From an uncultured bacterium (GTDB lineage Bacteria > Krumholzibacteriota > Krumholzibacteriia > LZORAL124-64-63): a stretch of DNA of 64,000 bases. Shown in pieces: positions 61,795-64,000 of this stretch; the stretch's first letter is position 1; each line of letters begins with the position of its first letter. The stretch lies in contig CAVSGO010000007.1 in NCBI GenBank assembly GCA_963727525.1, positions 288,001-352,000 on the forward strand. The letters run 5' to 3'. Below the pieces are notes generated by a model that made no database searches, was not told where the DNA came from, and saw only the letters and a program-made list of their open reading frames with translations. Made by a program: the position numbers and the translations under genes.

Positions 61795-64000
61795 TCACGG
61801 TGCCTTGCGGCGATCGATGGTGTCGCGGACGGCCTTCAGCAGCGCCTCGCGTGCGTACGGTTTCTTGATGATCGCCATGTCGGCGCCGGGGGCGAAGTCG
61901 GCCTGGACGGCGTCCTCGCTGTACCCGCTCGAGAAGAGCACCGGCACGTCGGCGCGGATCGCGCGCATCTGCTCGAAGCTCTCCTGACCGCCCAGCTTGG
62001 GCATCACCACGTCGAGGATCACGAGGCCGAGATCCGCGGCGTGCTGGCGGAAGACCGTCACCGCCTCCTCGCCATCGCGGGCCTCGATCACGCGGTAGCC
62101 GCTGCGCTCGAGCACCACGCGCGTGAGCGCCCGGACCGCGTGGTCGTCCTCGGCCACGAGCACTGTCTCGTTGCCGGCGACGACGGGTTCCGCGACGGCC
62201 GCGTCGCGTCGCTGGGCAGGTCGTTCGCTCACCGGCAGATAGACCGCGAAGGCCGTCCCCCGACCAGGCTCGCTGGTGGCCTTCACCATGCCGTCGTGCT
62301 GGCTGACGATGCCGTACACGGTCGACAGGCCGAGACCCGTGCCGTGGCCCGGCGCCTTGGTGCTGAAGAAGGGCTCGAATATCCGCTGCAGGGTGGCGTT
62401 GTCCATGCCAAGGCCGGAATCTTTCACGCGCAGCAGCACGTACCGGCCGGGTCGGGCCGGGCCCTGGGTTTCGCAGGTCCCCGGGTCGAGCGTCACGGTC
62501 TCGGTGGCGATCGTCAGCACGCCGCCGTCGGGCATCGCGTCGCGGGCATTGACGCAGAGATTCATGAGGATCTGCTCGACCATGCTCACGTCGGCGTGCA
62601 CCGTGGCCAGACCTTCCGCAGGATGGAATTCGAGGCGGATATGCTCGCCGATCACACGCTCGAGCATCGCCAGGAGGCCGCGAATGGTGTCGTTGAGGTC
62701 CAGGTCGACGGGATCGATGAACTGGCGGCGGCTGAAGGCGAGGAGCTGGCTGACGAGTGCGGCCGCCCGGTTGCCGGCCTTCGTGATCTGGTTGATGGCG
62801 GTGCGAACCGGGCTGTTCGGTTCGAGGTCGACCAGCGCCAGCTCCGCGTAGCCGTTGATCACCTGGAGCAAGTTGTTGAAGTCGTGGGCCACGCCACCGG
62901 CGAGCTGTCCGACGGCTTCCATCTTCTGGGCTTGCCGGAGCTGTTCGGAGAGTTGCTCGCGCTCGGTCTCGGCGTTCTTGCGGTCGGTGATGTCCAGATG
63001 GGTGCCACACATGCGTCGGGCGGTGCCGTCGGCGTCGCGCTCGATGACCTTGCCGCGGTCGAGGACCCAGATCCAGCGCCCCGACTTGTGGCGCAAGCGG
63101 TGCTCGGCGGCGTAGAACGGCGTGCGGCCGTTGACGTGGTCGCCGAGCACACGGTCGACCCGTGCGGCGTCCTCGGGATGGATGAGTTGCCGCCAGAAAC
63201 GGCTCGACGGCTCGACCTCGGCGAGTTCATAGCCGAGCATCGCGGCCCAGCGCTCGTCGAACACTGCCTCGTCGGTGTCGATTCGCCAGTCCCACATGCC
63301 GAGCTCCGCCCCGGCGAGGGCGAGCTGGAGACGCTCCTCGTGTATCCGGTGGGCCTGCTCGGCCCGTTCGCGTTCTGTGACGTCGCTGGCGAGGCAGGCG
63401 AACTTCCCGGGCGCCGGGCGGTAGGCGGTGATCTCGAAGCTACGGCCCAGGCCGCGGTGATATTCGACGAAGTGGGTCGGCTCGCCCGTGAGCGCGACGC
63501 GTCCGTACTGCTCGATCCAGCTCACTTCGGTATCCGGCAGGATCTCGCGGACGGTGTGCCCGATGATCGCATCGGCGGTCAATCCTGTCATCTTCTCGAA
63601 GGCGCCGTTGACGGCCAGGAACCGGTAGTCGACCGGTTTTCCCGAGGCGTCGCAGATGATCTCGTGGAGGGCGAAGGCGCCGTGCATCGACTGGAAGAGG
63701 AGTTGGTAGCTGCGTTCCATCTCCTTGCGTGCCGTGATGTCGCGCACGCTGTTGAGCAGGCGCGGCTGACCGCCAACGACCACGGGCCGCACATTGATCT
63801 CCACGAGGATCTCGCGGCCGTCCCGGCGCCGGTGGCGGCGCTCCATGTGCAATCCTTGCTTCGTGGCTTCGCGCAGGAGGGCGGAGACGTCGTCGCGGGA
63901 ACCGTCGGCCGCGACGTGCGCGATCGTGAGTTGCAGGAGGGCCTCCGGCGAGTAGCCGTACAGGGTGCTGGCCGCCGCATTGGCGTCGAGGATCCGGCCG
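61795..64000 (-). CDS. Multi-PAS hybrid sensor histidine kinase, 5' end off the window
   Basis: Frame open to the window edge; PAS repeats, [18 protein letters not shown], receiver LDVVMP. Confidence 0.92.
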   Translation of the reverse strand, partial: GRILDANAAASTLYGYSPEALLQLTIAHVAADGSRDDVSALLREATKQGLHMERRHRRRDGREILVEINVRPVVVGGQPRLLNSVRDITARKEMERSYQLLFQSMHGAFALHEIICDASGKPVDYRFLAVNGAFEKMTGLTADAIIGHTVREILPDTEVSWIEQYGRVALTGEPTHFVEYHRGLGRSFEITAYRPAPGKFACLASDVTERERAEQAHRIHEERLQLALAGAELGMWDWRIDTDEAVFDERWAAMLGYELAEVEPSSRFWRQLIHPEDAARVDRVLGDHVNGRTPFYAAEHRLRHKSGRWIWVLDRGKVIERDADGTARRMCGTHLDITDRKNAETEREQLSEQLRQAQKMEAVGQLAGGVAHDFNNLLQVINGYAELALVDLEPNSPVRTAINQITKAGNRAAALVSQLLAFSRRQFIDPVDLDLNDTIRGLLAMLERVIGEHIRLEFHPAEGLATVHADVSMVEQILMNLCVNARDAMPDGGVLTIATETVTLDPGTCETQGPARPGRYVLLRVKDSGLGMDNATLQRIFEPFFSTKAPGHGTGLGLSTVYGIVSQHDGMVKATSEPGRGTAFAVYLPVSERPAQRRDAAVAEPVVAGNETVLVAEDDHAVRALTRVVLERSGYRVIEARDGEEAVTVFRQHAADLGLVILDVVMPKLGGQESFEQMRAIRADVPVLFSSGYSEDAVQADFAPGADMAIIKKPYAREALLKAVRDTIDRRKAP

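Overview
High-GC bacterial chromosomal window, probably from an FCB-group lineage such as Krumholzibacteriota or Latescibacterota. This placement is inferred from eight secreted proteins with FlgD-Ig/T9SS-like C-terminal domains, two gingipain-like C25 peptidases and a WGxVK-type C-terminal motif. Routine content: GH13 amylase, phosphohexomutase, RlmI-like methyltransferase, ppk2, Zur-ZnuACB, methylmalonyl-CoA mutase, MsrB and two hybrid kinases. The standout is the minus-strand cluster at 20.6-31.8 kb. Three tandem paralogs each have an RBS, a signal peptide and an in-frame TGA at codon 37 in the motif W-[TGA]-V-Y-C-P, followed by a conserved SECIS-like hairpin. They are best read as exported UxxC selenoproteins (Omp28-like thioredoxin fold plus C-terminal sorting domain) that the ORF track truncates. 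They lie downstream of a Cys-form Omp28-like lipoprotein, a Cys-pair Ig-like protein and a TlpA-DUF6029-like fusion, suggesting an extracytoplasmic selenium-dependent redox system. A second candidate system (42.2-45.2 kb) is a low-GC, indel-ridden cassette encoding a small secreted protein and the N-terminal TPR part of an otherwise high-GC sigma-54 activator. Family assignments come from motif recognition only; no database searches were run.
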